Assembly: GCA_965232985.1 (NCBI GenBank)
Contig: CBDDRC010000042.1
Coordinates: forward strand, 89,299-153,298
Reading direction: 5' to 3'
Origin: an uncultured bacterium
GTDB taxonomy: Bacteria > Pseudomonadota > Gammaproteobacteria > Pseudomonadales > JADFDG01
DNA: 64,000 nucleotides
Shown here: piece after piece, positions 17,557 to 26,363 of the stretch
Layout: each line of letters opens with the position of its first letter
Position numbering within the stretch: position 1 is the stretch's first letter
The notes under the pieces: model-generated
Database searches by the model: none
What the model was told of the DNA's origin: nothing
What the model saw: the letters and a program-made list of their open reading frames with translations, nothing else
Translations under genes and position numbers: made by a program

Positions 17557-20517
17557 TCAATGTATTGAGCTGCCTGCCGCTGTATCGCCAAACACCATTT
17601 GCCAGATCCGGCGCACTGCGGCGCGCTGCTGCGCAACCCCGGCAGCGGCCACCCGGGATTTCTCCTTGGCGAGCGCCTGCTGGTGTGTGCGGATGCGAAA
17701 CGCGAGGTACGCCTGGCGCAGCAGATCGGCATCACTGGCCGGCAACAGGCCGGCGACGGCAATACCTTCCAGTTGGCGGACATTGTCGGTGTAGCGAATC
17801 AATTCCGGGTGTTCACATGCCCACCGCAGAACGAGGTATTGAACCAGAAATTCGATATCCACGATACCGCCGGCATCGTGCTTGATATCGAACAGGGCGG
17901 CTTTTTCTGCGGCCGTCGCCGACGCATCCGCCGCAAGCCCGAGGTGGGCAATCATCTTGTCGCGCATGGCCACTACTTCGCCTTGCAAGGTGGCTGCCTC
18001 GCGGCGGCGCACCAGCGTCTCGTGGCGAATTGCATCGAAACGTGCCGCGACTGCCGGGTCGCCGGCCACCGGCCGGGCGCGAACCAAGGCCTGATGCTCC
18101 CAGGTCCAGGCGCTTTCCCGCTGGTATTTCACAAATGCATCCACCGATGACACCAGCAGACCGGAAGCACCCGACGGCCGCAGCCGCATGTCCACCTCGT
18201 AAAGTTCACCGGAAAAGGTACGGGTGGTGAGCAGGTTGATGATGCGCTGCACCAGTCGCGTGTAGAACGCCTCGTTGGCAATCTCGCGCACGCCGCCCGT
18301 GGTGCCGTCAGGCGGGGCATCGTAGAGGAACACAAGGTCAAGATCAGAACCGTACGACAACTCGATGCCGCCGAGTTTGCCGTAGGCAATGATTGCGAAG
18401 CCGCCGCTTTGCGCCGGATCGGCAAGCGCGTTGCCGTCGCTATCACGCGGGCAACCGTGCTTTGCGGCGACATTATGCCAGGCAATCTCCAGCACTTCGC
18501 CCAGCACCGCTTCCGCGATCCAGGTGAGGTAATCGCTGACCTTCATCAGCGGCAACGTGCCCATTACGTCCGAGGCCGCAACCTTAAGCACATGGGCCAG
18601 GCGAAAATAGCGCAGCGTTTCCATCAATTGCTCGGTATCGTCGAGCGCAATACGCGCCAGTTGGGCACGCAGATCGGCGCGCAAATCGACAAGCTGTGGT
18701 GGCGCATAGAGCGTGCCGGTATTGAGCAGCTCATCGAGCAGCGACGGATGCCTGGCAATTTCGTCAGCGATCCATTCGCTGGCGCCGCACAGGCGCAACA
18801 GCTCGGCAAGTGCCTGCGGATTCTCGCTGAGCAACACCATGTAAACCGAGCGGCGCAGCACCGCTGCGAATACCTTCAGCACGCGCGGCAACACTGCCAC
18901 TGGCGCGGCACAGCGTTCCAGAGCGCGCAGCAAAGCCGGCATTAACCGGTCGAGACGCTCACGGGCGATGGCCTGCAGATGCGCAACGCTGCGATCCTCG
19001 CGAAAGGCATTCAGTGCGGCAAGGATGGCTGCGCCATCCACAATGCCTGTGGCCGCGAGCAAAGCAAGCGCTGCCGGCTCCGGCAAGCGGCCCAACCAGA
19101 GATCGAGCCATTCGTCACCGGCTTCGGCGGCGGCGCCCTGCGCCTCACCGGGCAAAGCCACCACATCACGAAAATGTTTTTCGACAGTGGCGCGATGCAT
19201 GTCCAGCGCACGCAGAAAGGCCGGCCAGTCGTCAAAACCCATCGCGAACGCCACGCGCAGCCGGGTAATATCGTCCTCCGGCAACGTTTGCGTCTGCGCG
19301 TCGGCAATCGCCTGCAGACGATGCTCGGTACGACGCAGGAAATCGTTGGCGGCAGCCAGATCGTCGCGCATGGCCGCATCAATCACGCCGAGCTCGGCGA
19401 GCGTCGCGAGTACCGGCAGCAGCGCCCGTTCCTGCAAGCGTTTGTCGACACCGCCGCGAATCAACTGGAAGGCCTGGGCGATAAACTCAACTTCGCGAAT
19501 GCCACCCGGACCAAGCTTGACATTCGCCTCCATGCCCTTGCGCTTCACTTCACGGACGATCATGGCCTTGAGTTCACGCAGTGATTCAAAGGCGCTGAAA
19601 TCCATGTAGCGTCGATACACGAACGGCCCGAGGCGCTGCAGCAGTTGCCCGCCTGCAACGATATCGCCGGCGCAAACGCGCGCCTTGATCATCGCGTAAC
19701 GCTCCCAGGGCCGCCCCTGCTCCTCATAGTACGATTCCAGCGCATCGAAGCCGCAGGCCAGCGCACCACTTGATCCCCACGGCCGCAGCCGCATATCGAC
19801 CCGGAATACGAAACCGTCGGCAGTGACGGCATCAAGCATTTTGATCAGGCGGCGGCCCAGGCGCGTAAAAAATTCGTGGTTGGAGAGCACTTTCGGCATG
19901 CCCTGCGTATCGCCCTCCTCCGGGTAGGCGAAGATCAGGTCGACATCGGAAGAAAGATTCAACTCGCGCGCGCCGAGCTTGCCCATACCAAGCACCACCA
20001 GCTTCTGCGGCGTACCGGATTGTTCGCCGATCGGCACCCCGAGATCGCACTCACTCCACGCGGTAATTTTTTCCAGCGCCAGGCCGATACAGGCATCGGC
20101 AAGTTCAGAGAGGTCGTTAACCGTTTCATCCAGCGAGGCTCCGGCGGCCAGATCGCGCCAGATGATGCGCAGCATTTCGCGGTGACGCACCATGCGCAGC
20201 GCTGTCATCAGGGTATCGTCATCACTCGCGCTGACGATTGCTGTTACCACATGAGCGCGCATTTCGTCGGCGGCATACTTGCGTTGCAGCTCGCCACTCA
20301 ACAGCAGTGCCGTGAGCAGTGCCGGTTGTCGGGCACACTGCCCGGCAACGTAATCGCTGCTCGCCCACGTTTTTACCAGCGCACACAATGCATCGCCGGT
20401 AAACACCGGCAACGGCAGACCGGCATCGGCAAGGTATGCGCAGTAATGCTCCCAATGGGTGCGCACCAGCGGCGCGAGGGATGGCGGCAGGATCGCAATA
20501 GCCTGGTCGAAGGTCAT
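17557..20517 (-). CDS. glnE: Bifunctional glutamine synthetase adenylyltransferase / adenylyl-removing enzyme
   Basis: About 986 aa with duplicated nucleotidyltransferase domains (GKLGARELNLSSDVDLIF and GKLGGIELSYGSDLDLVF). The start is set at MTFDQAI (20517). The glnE-ilvE adjacency matches Pseudomonas. Confidence 0.95.
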   Translation of the reverse strand: MTFDQAIAILPPSLAPLVRTHWEHYCAYLADAGLPLPVFTGDALCALVKTWASSDYVAGQCARQPALLTALLLSGELQRKYAADEMRAHVVTAIVSASDDDTLMTALRMVRHREMLRIIWRDLAAGASLDETVNDLSELADACIGLALEKITAWSECDLGVPIGEQSGTPQKLVVLGMGKLGARELNLSSDVDLIFAYPEEGDTQGMPKVLSNHEFFTRLGRRLIKMLDAVTADGFVFRVDMRLRPWGSSGALACGFDALESYYEEQGRPWERYAMIKARVCAGDIVAGGQLLQRLGPFVYRRYMDFSAFESLRELKAMIVREVKRKGMEANVKLGPGGIREVEFIAQAFQLIRGGVDKRLQERALLPVLATLAELGVIDAAMRDDLAAANDFLRRTEHRLQAIADAQTQTLPEDDITRLRVAFAMGFDDWPAFLRALDMHRATVEKHFRDVVALPGEAQGAAAEAGDEWLDLWLGRLPEPAALALLAATGIVDGAAILAALNAFREDRSVAHLQAIARERLDRLMPALLRALERCAAPVAVLPRVLKVFAAVLRRSVYMVLLSENPQALAELLRLCGASEWIADEIARHPSLLDELLNTGTLYAPPQLVDLRADLRAQLARIALDDTEQLMETLRYFRLAHVLKVAASDVMGTLPLMKVSDYLTWIAEAVLGEVLEIAWHNVAAKHGCPRDSDGNALADPAQSGGFAIIAYGKLGGIELSYGSDLDLVFLYDAPPDGTTGGVREIANEAFYTRLVQRIINLLTTRTFSGELYEVDMRLRPSGASGLLVSSVDAFVKYQRESAWTWEHQALVRARPVAGDPAVAARFDAIRHETLVRRREAATLQGEVVAMRDKMIAHLGLAADASATAAEKAALFDIKHDAGGIVDIEFLVQYLVLRWACEHPELIRYTDNVRQLEGIAVAGLLPASDADLLRQAYLAFRIRTHQQALAKEKSRVAAAGVAQQRAAVRRIWQMVFGDTAAGSSIH

Positions 20518-20572
20518 GGGATCACAAATAAGGTGTGAGCCCGGCGGTGCCGGACTCACACACAGACATACG

Positions 20573-21025
20573 TCATTCGAGCACAATCACATCGAAGGTG
20601 TTGCCGTCCTGCGCGAGGATCCGTACCGCCGCACCGGCAGGTGCGTCCCGGCCGCGCACCGACCACATCGTGTCGTCGACACGAATGCGGCCCTGACCGC
20701 CGACGATCGCCTCTTCCAGATGCACCACGCGGCCAATGTACTCAGCGCCACGGTGATTGAGCACCACGCCACCGGCAACCGGCTCATCCTTCACGTAACG
20801 ACGCCACAGCAACACGCTGGCGACAGCACTCACACCAAACAGCACCAGTTGCAACTGCCAGATCAACAGACCCGGCAGAATGAAACTCATCAGGCCGGTG
20901 AACAGGGCGGCAAAACCGATCCACATCAGGAAGCTGGTGCCGGCCACTGCTACATCGGCGATCAGCAGCAAAATGCCGAAAGTCAGCCAGTGCCAGTACT
21001 GGAGCGATTCGACAGAAATAGCCAT
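20573..21025 (-). CDS. NfeD-family membrane protein (YbbJ-like)
   Basis: 150 aa with three N-terminal TM helices and a C-terminal OB-like domain (GRIRVDDTMWSVRG). It lies immediately downstream of the SPFH gene. Confidence 0.8.
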   Translation of the reverse strand: MAISVESLQYWHWLTFGILLLIADVAVAGTSFLMWIGFAALFTGLMSFILPGLLIWQLQLVLFGVSAVASVLLWRRYVKDEPVAGGVVLNHRGAEYIGRVVHLEEAIVGGQGRIRVDDTMWSVRGRDAPAGAAVRILAQDGNTFDVIVLE

Positions 21026-21028
21026 GAC

Positions 21029-21961
21029 TTACACCGTCGCCCGTTGCAACTTCTGCTTGCTGAGCGATTCGTTCACCAGCTCGGCAATGCCGGCGACGCT
21101 GCCGGCGACGCTCGTCGCCTCCAGCGGCAACAGAATCACTTTGGCATTGGCGCTGGCCGTGAGCGCACCGATCGCCTCAACATATTTCAGCGCCACAAAA
21201 TAGTTGATCGCCTGCACATCACCCTTGGCAATCGCCTGCGACACCATGTGCGTCGCCTTCGCTTCAGCCTCGGCCAGACGCTCGCGCGCTTCGGCCTGCA
21301 GGAACGCCGCCTGCTTCTCGCCTTCGGACTTCAACACCTGCGACTGCTTCGCGCCCTCAGCCTTGAGAATGGCCGCCTGACGGAAGCCCTCGGCCTCGAG
21401 AATGTTGGCGCGCTTCTCACGCTCGGCTTTCATTTGTGAGCCCATCGCCACCACGATGTCGGCCGGCGGCCGGATATCCTTGATCTCGATACGGGTGATC
21501 TTCACGCCCCAGGGATTGGTGGCGTGATCAACCACATTGAGCAGCTTGACGTTGATCTGATCGCGCTGACTGAGCATGTCGTCCAGATCCATCGAGCCGA
21601 GCACGGTACGGATGTTGGTCATCACCAGATTACGGATCGCATGTTCAAGCCCACTCACCGCGTAAGCGGCGCGTGCCGCGTCAATGATCTGATAAAACGT
21701 CACCGCATCGATCGTGACCATTGCGTTGTCACGCGAAATTACTTCTTGCGGCGGCACATCAAGCACCTGCTCCATCATATTAATCTTGCGACCAACAGAG
21801 TTCACATAAGGGACAAACACATTGAGGCCCGGTTCCAGCGTGTTGGTGTACTTGCCGAAACGCTCCAGCGTCCATGAGTAACCCTGCGGCACGAAGCGCA
21901 CGCCCTTGGCCACGGTGAGCACCGCCAGCACCACAAAAACCAGAAAAATTGCACCACCCAT
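21029..21961 (-). CDS. qmcA: SPFH/band-7 (stomatin/QmcA-like) protein
   Basis: It has an N-terminal TM helix, an SPFH core ([15 protein letters not shown]...VDLRE-type pattern, TKDNA-like [11 protein letters not shown]) and an Ala/Glu-rich coiled-coil tail. Confidence 0.85.
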   Translation of the reverse strand: MGGAIFLVFVVLAVLTVAKGVRFVPQGYSWTLERFGKYTNTLEPGLNVFVPYVNSVGRKINMMEQVLDVPPQEVISRDNAMVTIDAVTFYQIIDAARAAYAVSGLEHAIRNLVMTNIRTVLGSMDLDDMLSQRDQINVKLLNVVDHATNPWGVKITRIEIKDIRPPADIVVAMGSQMKAEREKRANILEAEGFRQAAILKAEGAKQSQVLKSEGEKQAAFLQAEARERLAEAEAKATHMVSQAIAKGDVQAINYFVALKYVEAIGALTASANAKVILLPLEATSVAGSVAGIAELVNESLSKQKLQRATV

Positions 21962-22000
21962 AACACCCTCCTTATTGAAGTTTCCTGCTGAAAATACTGC

Positions 22001-23863
22001 TTACTCAAACATTTCCATCGACGGCGTCAGCCGCATCACCTCCTCGATGGTGGTGATCCCTGCTGCTACTTTTTGGGCGCCCGCCAGCCGCAGCGGCTTC
22101 ATGCCTTCCTTCATGGCCTGCCTGCGGATATCGGCAAGATCGGCATGCTGCACGATCAGCCGCTTCAGCGCCGACGACAACGGCATGATCTCATAAACGC
22201 CCATCCTGCCCAGATAACCGGTATCGCGACATTCCAGACAACCGCCCGGCTCATAGAGCTTCGCCGGTACGCGCGACTTGAACGGCATGACCAGCTGCTT
22301 CCACACATCTTCATCGGCAGGCGCTTCGCGCTTGCAGTGCGGGCACAGCGTGCGGATCAGCCGCTGCGCCATCACCCCGACCACGGTCGCGCTGATCAGG
22401 TAGGGCGGCACGCCGAGATCGAGCAGGCGCGTAATCGACGCTGGCGCGTCGTTGGTGTGCAGCGTCGACAGCACGAGGTGGCCGGTGAGCGCCGCCTGTA
22501 CGGCGACATCGGCGGTGGCAAGATCGCGAATCTTGCCAACCATGATGATGTCCGGATCCTGACGCAACAGCGCCTTCACACCCTCGGCGAAACCGAGTTC
22601 GATATTGGCCTGCACCTGCATCTGATTGAATGCCGGCTCGACCATCTCGATCGGATCCTCAATGGTGCAGACGTTCACTTCCGGCGTTGCCAGCCGCTTG
22701 AGCGTCGAATACAAGGTTGTGGTCTTGCCCGAACCGGTCGGGCCGGTAACGAAGACAACGCCATGTGCTACGCCCGTCATTGCCTGCCATTTCTGGTAAT
22801 CCTCGGCAGCAAGCCCCAGCTGCTCGAAAGAGCGCACCAGCACTTCCGGGTCGAAGATACGCATCACCATCTTTTCGCCAAATGCGGTGGGCATGGTGGA
22901 AAGACGCAACTCGACCTCGGCGCCGCCCTGACTGCGTGTTTTGATGCGGCCGTCCTGCGGCCGGCGTTTCTCGGCAACGTTCAGCCGACCGAGAATTTTC
23001 AGCCGTGCCGTTACCGCCACCATGATCGGCGCCGGCAATTCATAGACATCGTGCAACACACCGTCGATACGGAAACGCATCTTGCCAGTGTCGCGCCGCG
23101 GCTCAAGGTGGATATCGCTGGCGCGCTGCTCGAAGGCGTATTGCAGAATCCAGTCGACGATCGCCACGATATGGTGGTCGTTGGCATCGGCGGAGGCCTT
23201 GCCCATCTCGAGCAACTGCTCGAAGTTGCCAATTCCGGCTGCTGCCTGTCCTTCGTTGCCGGTTGCTCGCTGAATCGAACGCGACAGGTTGTAGAACTCC
23301 AGACGATAACGCCCCAGTGCTTCGGGGCTGGCAACGACCACCTTGATTGCCTTGCCCCGCGCCGTCTGCTCAAGTTGCCCGAGCCAGTCGATGTAGAACG
23401 GCTGGTCGGTGGCGATCACGAGTTCTTCCTTGTGCACCTGCACTGCCATGATGTGATGGCGCTCGGCGAACTTGTACGACATCACTTCCGCCACCTTGGC
23501 GACGTCCACCTTCAGCGGGTCGAGATGAAACCAGGGCAGATTGGCCTTCGCTGCCAGCCACTGCGTCAGCCAGTCGAGCGTGAGCTTGGTGCCCGCCTCG
23601 GCGGCATGCGTGAACTGTTGCTTCGCTACCATCTGCAGGCCGTGCCAGTGCAGCTCGTGCTTTTCGCGCGTGGCGCCGGCGCAAAGGTTGACATCACGCT
23701 GGGTGAGAATGCCGTCGGCAAGCAACTGGTCGAGCACCCAGCGGGTATCGATCAGGTAACTGGCAGAGCGCAAGCGTTCGGCCAGCGGTCGCGGGTCAGC
23801 CTTGACGGCAGCAGGGGCCGGGTCGGACTTCGGGGATGAATCAGGGGGCAGGACAGTGCTCAC
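22001..23863 (-). CDS. GspE/PilB-family secretion ATPase homologue, orphan, with Walker-B Glu replaced by Lys
   Basis: It has Walker A GPTGSGKTTTLYS, the His box LVLSTLHTND and the tetracysteine motif CPHC...CLEC. The Walker B region reads DPDIIMVGKIRD where the canonical sequence is GEIRD. It has a GTG start. No GspF/PilC or other secretion genes are in the window. Confidence 0.85.
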   Translation of the reverse strand: MSTVLPPDSSPKSDPAPAAVKADPRPLAERLRSASYLIDTRWVLDQLLADGILTQRDVNLCAGATREKHELHWHGLQMVAKQQFTHAAEAGTKLTLDWLTQWLAAKANLPWFHLDPLKVDVAKVAEVMSYKFAERHHIMAVQVHKEELVIATDQPFYIDWLGQLEQTARGKAIKVVVASPEALGRYRLEFYNLSRSIQRATGNEGQAAAGIGNFEQLLEMGKASADANDHHIVAIVDWILQYAFEQRASDIHLEPRRDTGKMRFRIDGVLHDVYELPAPIMVAVTARLKILGRLNVAEKRRPQDGRIKTRSQGGAEVELRLSTMPTAFGEKMVMRIFDPEVLVRSFEQLGLAAEDYQKWQAMTGVAHGVVFVTGPTGSGKTTTLYSTLKRLATPEVNVCTIEDPIEMVEPAFNQMQVQANIELGFAEGVKALLRQDPDIIMVGKIRDLATADVAVQAALTGHLVLSTLHTNDAPASITRLLDLGVPPYLISATVVGVMAQRLIRTLCPHCKREAPADEDVWKQLVMPFKSRVPAKLYEPGGCLECRDTGYLGRMGVYEIMPLSSALKRLIVQHADLADIRRQAMKEGMKPLRLAGAQKVAAGITTIEEVMRLTPSMEMFE

Positions 23864-24123
23864 GGGGATTATTCCTGGCCCGGTACGCCATGCGCCCGGG
23901 CGCCTTGTTGCTTTCCCCTACTCTATAGCGAAGGGGCGCCGTCGTCCCGCCTGTTATTTCCCTCCCTTACATCCCCGTTTTACGTGGGGAAGTCATACCT
24001 TGCTCGGCATCCTGCTGCCCTTGGCGGATGTTCTCCAGCACGTCGACCCCTATGGGTGCTTCTGGGGGTAAGATTGGCCTCGCGCTTGGTCGAGATGTAG
24101 TCCCATTAGGGGTCTTACCAAAC

Positions 24124-24363
24124 ATGAGTCCAACGATTCACAGGGAGAAGGGGTACCGGTTCTTCTTCTTTTCAAGGGAGGAGCCCAGGATGCACGTCCA
24201 TGTTATGTGCGAAACGGGCGAGGCAAAGTTCTGGTTAGAACCGGATATCGAGTTGGCCAAGAATTTCAACCTGAGTCGTGTACAACTTCGTGAAATTGAA
24301 ACCGTAATTGAGGCGCATAGTCATGAGTTCATTGGCGCGTGGAAAGAGCACTTCGGCGGCTGA
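24124..24363 (+). CDS. DUF4160-family protein
   Basis: Track ORF 24028..24363, trimmed to the ATG at 24124 (MSPTIHREKGYRFFFFSREEPRMHVHV...). This is the DUF4160 pattern (F.S.E..P.H.H). Codon usage is lower in GC. Confidence 0.7.
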   Translation: MSPTIHREKGYRFFFFSREEPRMHVHVMCETGEAKFWLEPDIELAKNFNLSRVQLREIETVIEAHSHEFIGAWKEHFGG

Positions 24364-24583
24364 AGTAACCCACGTCTCTAGTCATGGCGTTTGGGTTCTC
24401 GTGCAAGACGAAGAGCTGTTCATGTCCTATCAGGATTTTCCTTGGTTTAAAGAGCAACCATTGAAGTCCATTCTGTCCGTTCAGGAAGCTGCGAATGGCC
24501 ATCTTTACTGGCCGGAAATTGACGTAGACCTGACCGTAGACATCATCAAGAACCCTGAGCGGTTTCCGTTAAAAGCGAAGTGA
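24323..24583 (+). CDS. DUF2442-family protein
   Basis: MSSLARGK...VTHVSSHGVWVLVQDEELFMSYQDFPWFKEQ...LYWPEIDVDL. It overlaps the DUF4160 gene by 41 nt if ATG 24323 is used (the alternative is TTG 24332). Confidence 0.65.
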   Translation: MSSLARGKSTSAAEVTHVSSHGVWVLVQDEELFMSYQDFPWFKEQPLKSILSVQEAANGHLYWPEIDVDLTVDIIKNPERFPLKAK

Positions 24584-24723
24584 GCTCGCGGGGGGCCTGA
24601 ATTTTATTCCGCCCGCCCATCCACCGGCGCCCAGCTATCACCGCTGAGGTGTTTTGCGCCACGGCTCGGTTCGCAATCCACGAAAGCTTCCACCCAGATA
24701 TTGAGCAGCTAAGGAGAAAACCC

Positions 24724-24993
24724 ATGACCACACTTGTGATCGAACACCTGAACGCCAGCGAACTGCCGCCCCTGTGGGCGCAACGCCTGCAGATACAGCC
24801 CGGGCAGACCGTCACGGTGCGCATCGAAACCGAAGGCAAAACCGCCACCAACAACGAAGCCTCCGCGTTCGTCACGGACGATCCTGCGTTCGGCATCTGG
24901 CGGGATTTTGATGCGGCGGCCGATGTCGCTGACTTTGCACGCGGACTACGCAGCTCGCGCTACAACCGCGACGGCTCACGCAACGAGGGTTGA
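24724..24993 (+). CDS. Putative antitoxin of a PIN (VapC) toxin
   Basis: An AGGAGA Shine-Dalgarno sequence sits 6 nt upstream of the ATG at 24724. The product is 89 aa, and its stop lies 2 nt before the PIN gene start. The C-terminal region DDPAFGIWRD...DV..F.R.LR is typical of antitoxins paired with PIN toxins. Confidence 0.6.
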   Translation: MTTLVIEHLNASELPPLWAQRLQIQPGQTVTVRIETEGKTATNNEASAFVTDDPAFGIWRDFDAAADVADFARGLRSSRYNRDGSRNEG

Positions 24994-24995
24994 GC

Positions 24996-25377
24996 ATGCT
25001 GGTCGATACCGATGTGCTCATCTGGCATTTGCGCGGCTATCCAAAAGCCACGCAGCGGCTGGATCAACTCGACAAACTCACAATCTCCGCCGTCACCTAC
25101 CTGGAATTGCTGCAGGGCATGCGCAACCGCGCTGAACTCGTTGCGCTGCAAAAGCAGCCTGGCGCAGCGCAAGGCCGAACGCTTGCCGATTACGCCAGCG
25201 ATCACTGAGCGTGCCATTGCATTGATGGAAGGCCTCGCGCTCTCGCACGGAATGCAGATGGGTGATGCACTGATCGTCGCGACCGCCATCGAACACAACC
25301 TGCCGGTGCTCACCGCCAACGTGAAGCATTTCGGCAGCGTTGACGGCCTGCGAGTCGAACGGTTCGAGCCGAACTGA
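24996..25377 (+). pseudogene. vapC: PIN-domain toxin (VapC-like) interrupted by a +1/-1 frameshift near 25150
   Basis: The N-terminal half (MLVDTDVLIWHLRGYP...AELVALQK) is in the frame of ORF 24990..25208. The C-terminal half (SLAQRKAERLPITPAITERAIALMEG...GDALIVATAIEHNLPVLTANVKHF) is in the frame of ORF 25012..25377. Changing the A4 run at 25150-25153 to A5 would restore one roughly 127-aa PIN protein. Confidence 0.75.
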
Positions 25378-25462
25378 GCACGTGAACGAGCGTTCGACGG
25401 GGCCTGTAAATTGAACTGTGTCACTGCCCTTTGAGAAGATGGCGGCAACACCCTGACGCAAC

Positions 25463-25639
25463 TTATTTATCAGACGCCTTGTCTTTATTTTTTGCCTGGT
25501 TATTTGCCTGCTGAGCCTGCTCTGCGCACGGCTGGTCGCTCCCTACGCACTGGGGTTCGGGCCAGGTTTCAGGCAAGCCGGCTTTCAAGGAAGACAAAGG
25601 CAGCACGCCGGCGGCGCTGAAAATCATTGGTCTGTTCAT
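25463..25639 (-). CDS. Small hypothetical protein (58 aa) with two Cys and a Gln/Asn/Lys-rich tail
   Basis: Track ORF 25463..25678, trimmed to the ATG at 25639, which is preceded by GAGG at -11. The sequence is MNRPMIFSAAGVLPLSSLKAGLPETWPEPQCVGSDQPCAEQAQQANNQAKNKDKASDK. I recognise no family. Confidence 0.35.
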   Translation of the reverse strand: MNRPMIFSAAGVLPLSSLKAGLPETWPEPQCVGSDQPCAEQAQQANNQAKNKDKASDK

Positions 25640-25723
25640 GTTAAAACCTCGGTCATATCCTTGAAGAAAATCCGTCAAGCGCTGCCAGCATGATTAACAC
25701 CGTGGTGGCGGGCAGATCGGGTT

Positions 25724-26363
25724 TTATTTGACGCCCACCCCCGGATACCCCATCAACTCTGGCAGGCCGGCTGCCCGGCGGCGCTCAATGATGTGCTGGA
25801 TATACTTCGGGGCGTTTTCATCGAACTCGATTTCCCGAAAGTGGTTGGTCCAAAACGCATTCCATGTGGGCTCAAGGTTCGGCATCCCCCCTCCCACCTC
25901 TCTATCGATAGCAAAACCCACCCCCAGACGAGAGTAAGCCCACCAGGCGGGCGTATCCTGCATGCGTATCTTGCCGGCGGCGTCTTGATAATAACCGCTC
26001 AATGCCGGCAGGCCAGCCAGCCGACGGCGCACGATAATGTAATCGATGTACTTGGGGGCGTGTTCAGTACCGAGTTCGATCACGCGCAATCGGCTGATCC
26101 AATGCTCATTCCAAGTACGAACCCCCCCCTCCCGGTTCATCACCAGCCACTTCGTCCGCAACATCCCCACTTATGGTTTCTCGAAACAAATCCCACCGCG
26201 CCGGGGTATCTTTCAATATTCTCTGGCCGGAGGCGTCTATGTAAGAACCCCGAAACGGATCGCGATCGAAGCGAAAAATATTAAAGTAATTACACCCCAT
26301 CAGCAGCCCCACCCCAACCAACACGGCGCCCACCAGCACCGCCCTGCGAACATTCGTCTTCAC
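25724..26363 (-). pseudogene. Lipoprotein with two roughly 85-aa internal repeats, split into two frames (apparent 1-nt indel; G8 tract at 26122-26129)
   Basis: ORF 26106..26363 supplies the signal peptide and lipobox (VGVGLLMGC) and the start of repeat 1. ORF 25724..26170 supplies the rest. The repeats share DTPA.W ... W.N..W ... APKYI..II.RRR.AGLP.L.GY. Changing G8 to G7 fuses the two frames. Confidence 0.6.

Noticed and set aside
23684-23743. An MshEN-type c-di-GMP binding motif (RLGxxLLxxGLIxxxxLxxxLxxQ) in the N-terminus of the GspE-like ATPase (RWVLDQLLADGILTQRDVNL).
   Set aside because: The hydrophobic/Gly spacing (LL..GIL....V) fits. When it is aligned, however, the key Arg and Gln positions are not matched (W and T/A instead). 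I therefore do not claim c-di-GMP binding.
23864-24123. Short coding-like fragments on the minus strand of the island's left spacer (for example ...PEAPIGVDVLENIRQGQQDAEQG...), considered as a degraded antitoxin or integrase remnant.
   Set aside because: The fragments are under 60 codons with no start codon and no recognisable family motif. I cannot distinguish them from chance.
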